This document shows, one piece after another, positions 61,293 to 61,499 of a DNA stretch of 61,499 bases. Each line of letters starts with the position of its first letter. Positions within the stretch are counted from its first letter, which is position 1. The DNA is from Candidatus Parcubacteria bacterium (GTDB lineage: Bacteria > Patescibacteriota > Minisyncoccia > Phycocordibacterales > UBA2100). The translations under genes and the position numbers were made by a program. The notes below the pieces were generated by a model. It was not told the DNA's origin. It was given only the letters and a program-made list of their open reading frames with translations, and searched no databases. The stretch spans positions 1 to 61,499 of the forward strand of contig JBEEJY010000008.1 of NCBI GenBank assembly GCA_041168925.1. The letters run 5' to 3'.

Positions 61293-61499
61293 CTACGCGT
61301 GCGCGATGCAGGTGCGCGCGGCGGGATTCGCTTCGAGACGGTCAAACGGAATCGCATCGCCGCATTTTTCGCAAAGGCCGTAGGTACCGTCGTCGAGGCG
61401 CCCGAGCGCGCTTTCGATCTGCTTGTGTCGTTGTTCGAGCTCAGCGACGAGCGGGACATTCACCGAGAGCTCTTCGATATTGTCCGCGGCGTCGATCGG
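61293..61499 (-). CDS. DksA/TraR-family C4 zinc-finger protein (5'-truncated by the window edge)
   Basis: Hand translation of the reverse strand: ...ELEQRHKQIESALGRLDDGTYGLCEKCGDAIPFDRLEANPAARTCIAHA, stop TAG at 61293-61295. Confidence 0.7.
   Translation of the reverse strand, partial: PIDAADNIEELSVNVPLVAELEQRHKQIESALGRLDDGTYGLCEKCGDAIPFDRLEANPAARTCIAHA

Noticed and set aside
1-61499. Alternative genetic code (UGA recoded, as in some CPR lineages)
   Set aside because: TGA terminates many well-delimited genes here, often in ATGA start/stop overlaps (pilM/pilN, sigma/membrane protein, VirB4/next gene, uvrD/rsmA). Protein lengths also match family norms.

Overview
The window is a gene-dense, high-GC bacterial chromosome segment that includes the replication-origin neighbourhood (dnaN-dnaA, then rpmH-rnpA-yidC-jag). 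The gene repertoire looks like a reduced CPR/Patescibacteria (Parcubacteria-like) genome. This is inferred from short HolA, PurA and YebC forms, a lamin-tail-domain protein, scattered type IV pilus genes, huge secreted proteins, and almost no biosynthesis genes. Standard code 11 applies, because TGA clearly terminates genes.

Content:
- Six tRNAs: Leu-GAG, Val-TAC, Arg-TCT, Ser-TGA, Arg-GCG, Lys-TTT.
- Ribosomal proteins L19, S20 and L34.
- DNA replication and repair genes: polA, holA-like, dnaN, dnaA, ruvA/B/C, ruvX, uvrD, comM.
- Type IV pilus parts: pilM/N/O, one pilin, pilB.
- Cell-wall genes: a Mur ligase, PBP1A, and a LysM-M23 peptidase.
- An ECF sigma operon and a flavin-salvage trio.

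Most notable observations:
1. An 11-gene, translationally coupled T4SS-like operon at 40.8-53.9 kb. It has VirB4, a free VirB4 N-domain paralog, PrgI-like, a giant VirB6-like protein and a VirB2-like protein, plus six unassignable secreted or bitopic proteins. No relaxase or coupling protein is in view.
2. A low-GC large-serine-recombinase element wedged between convergent tRNA-Val and tRNA-Arg. It carries two pairs of roughly 100-bp inverted repeats that meet at a shared TGC.
3. Three paralogous giant surface proteins with Q/N/Y-rich and Cys-rich modules.
4. Two long ORF-free, hairpin-rich spacers flanking ruvB.
5. A pervasive TAnnnT-N6-9-start (leaderless) promoter architecture.
6. A probable SD-led CTG start for the exported LysM-M23 peptidase.

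All calls rest on hand translation and motif recognition. No searches were run.
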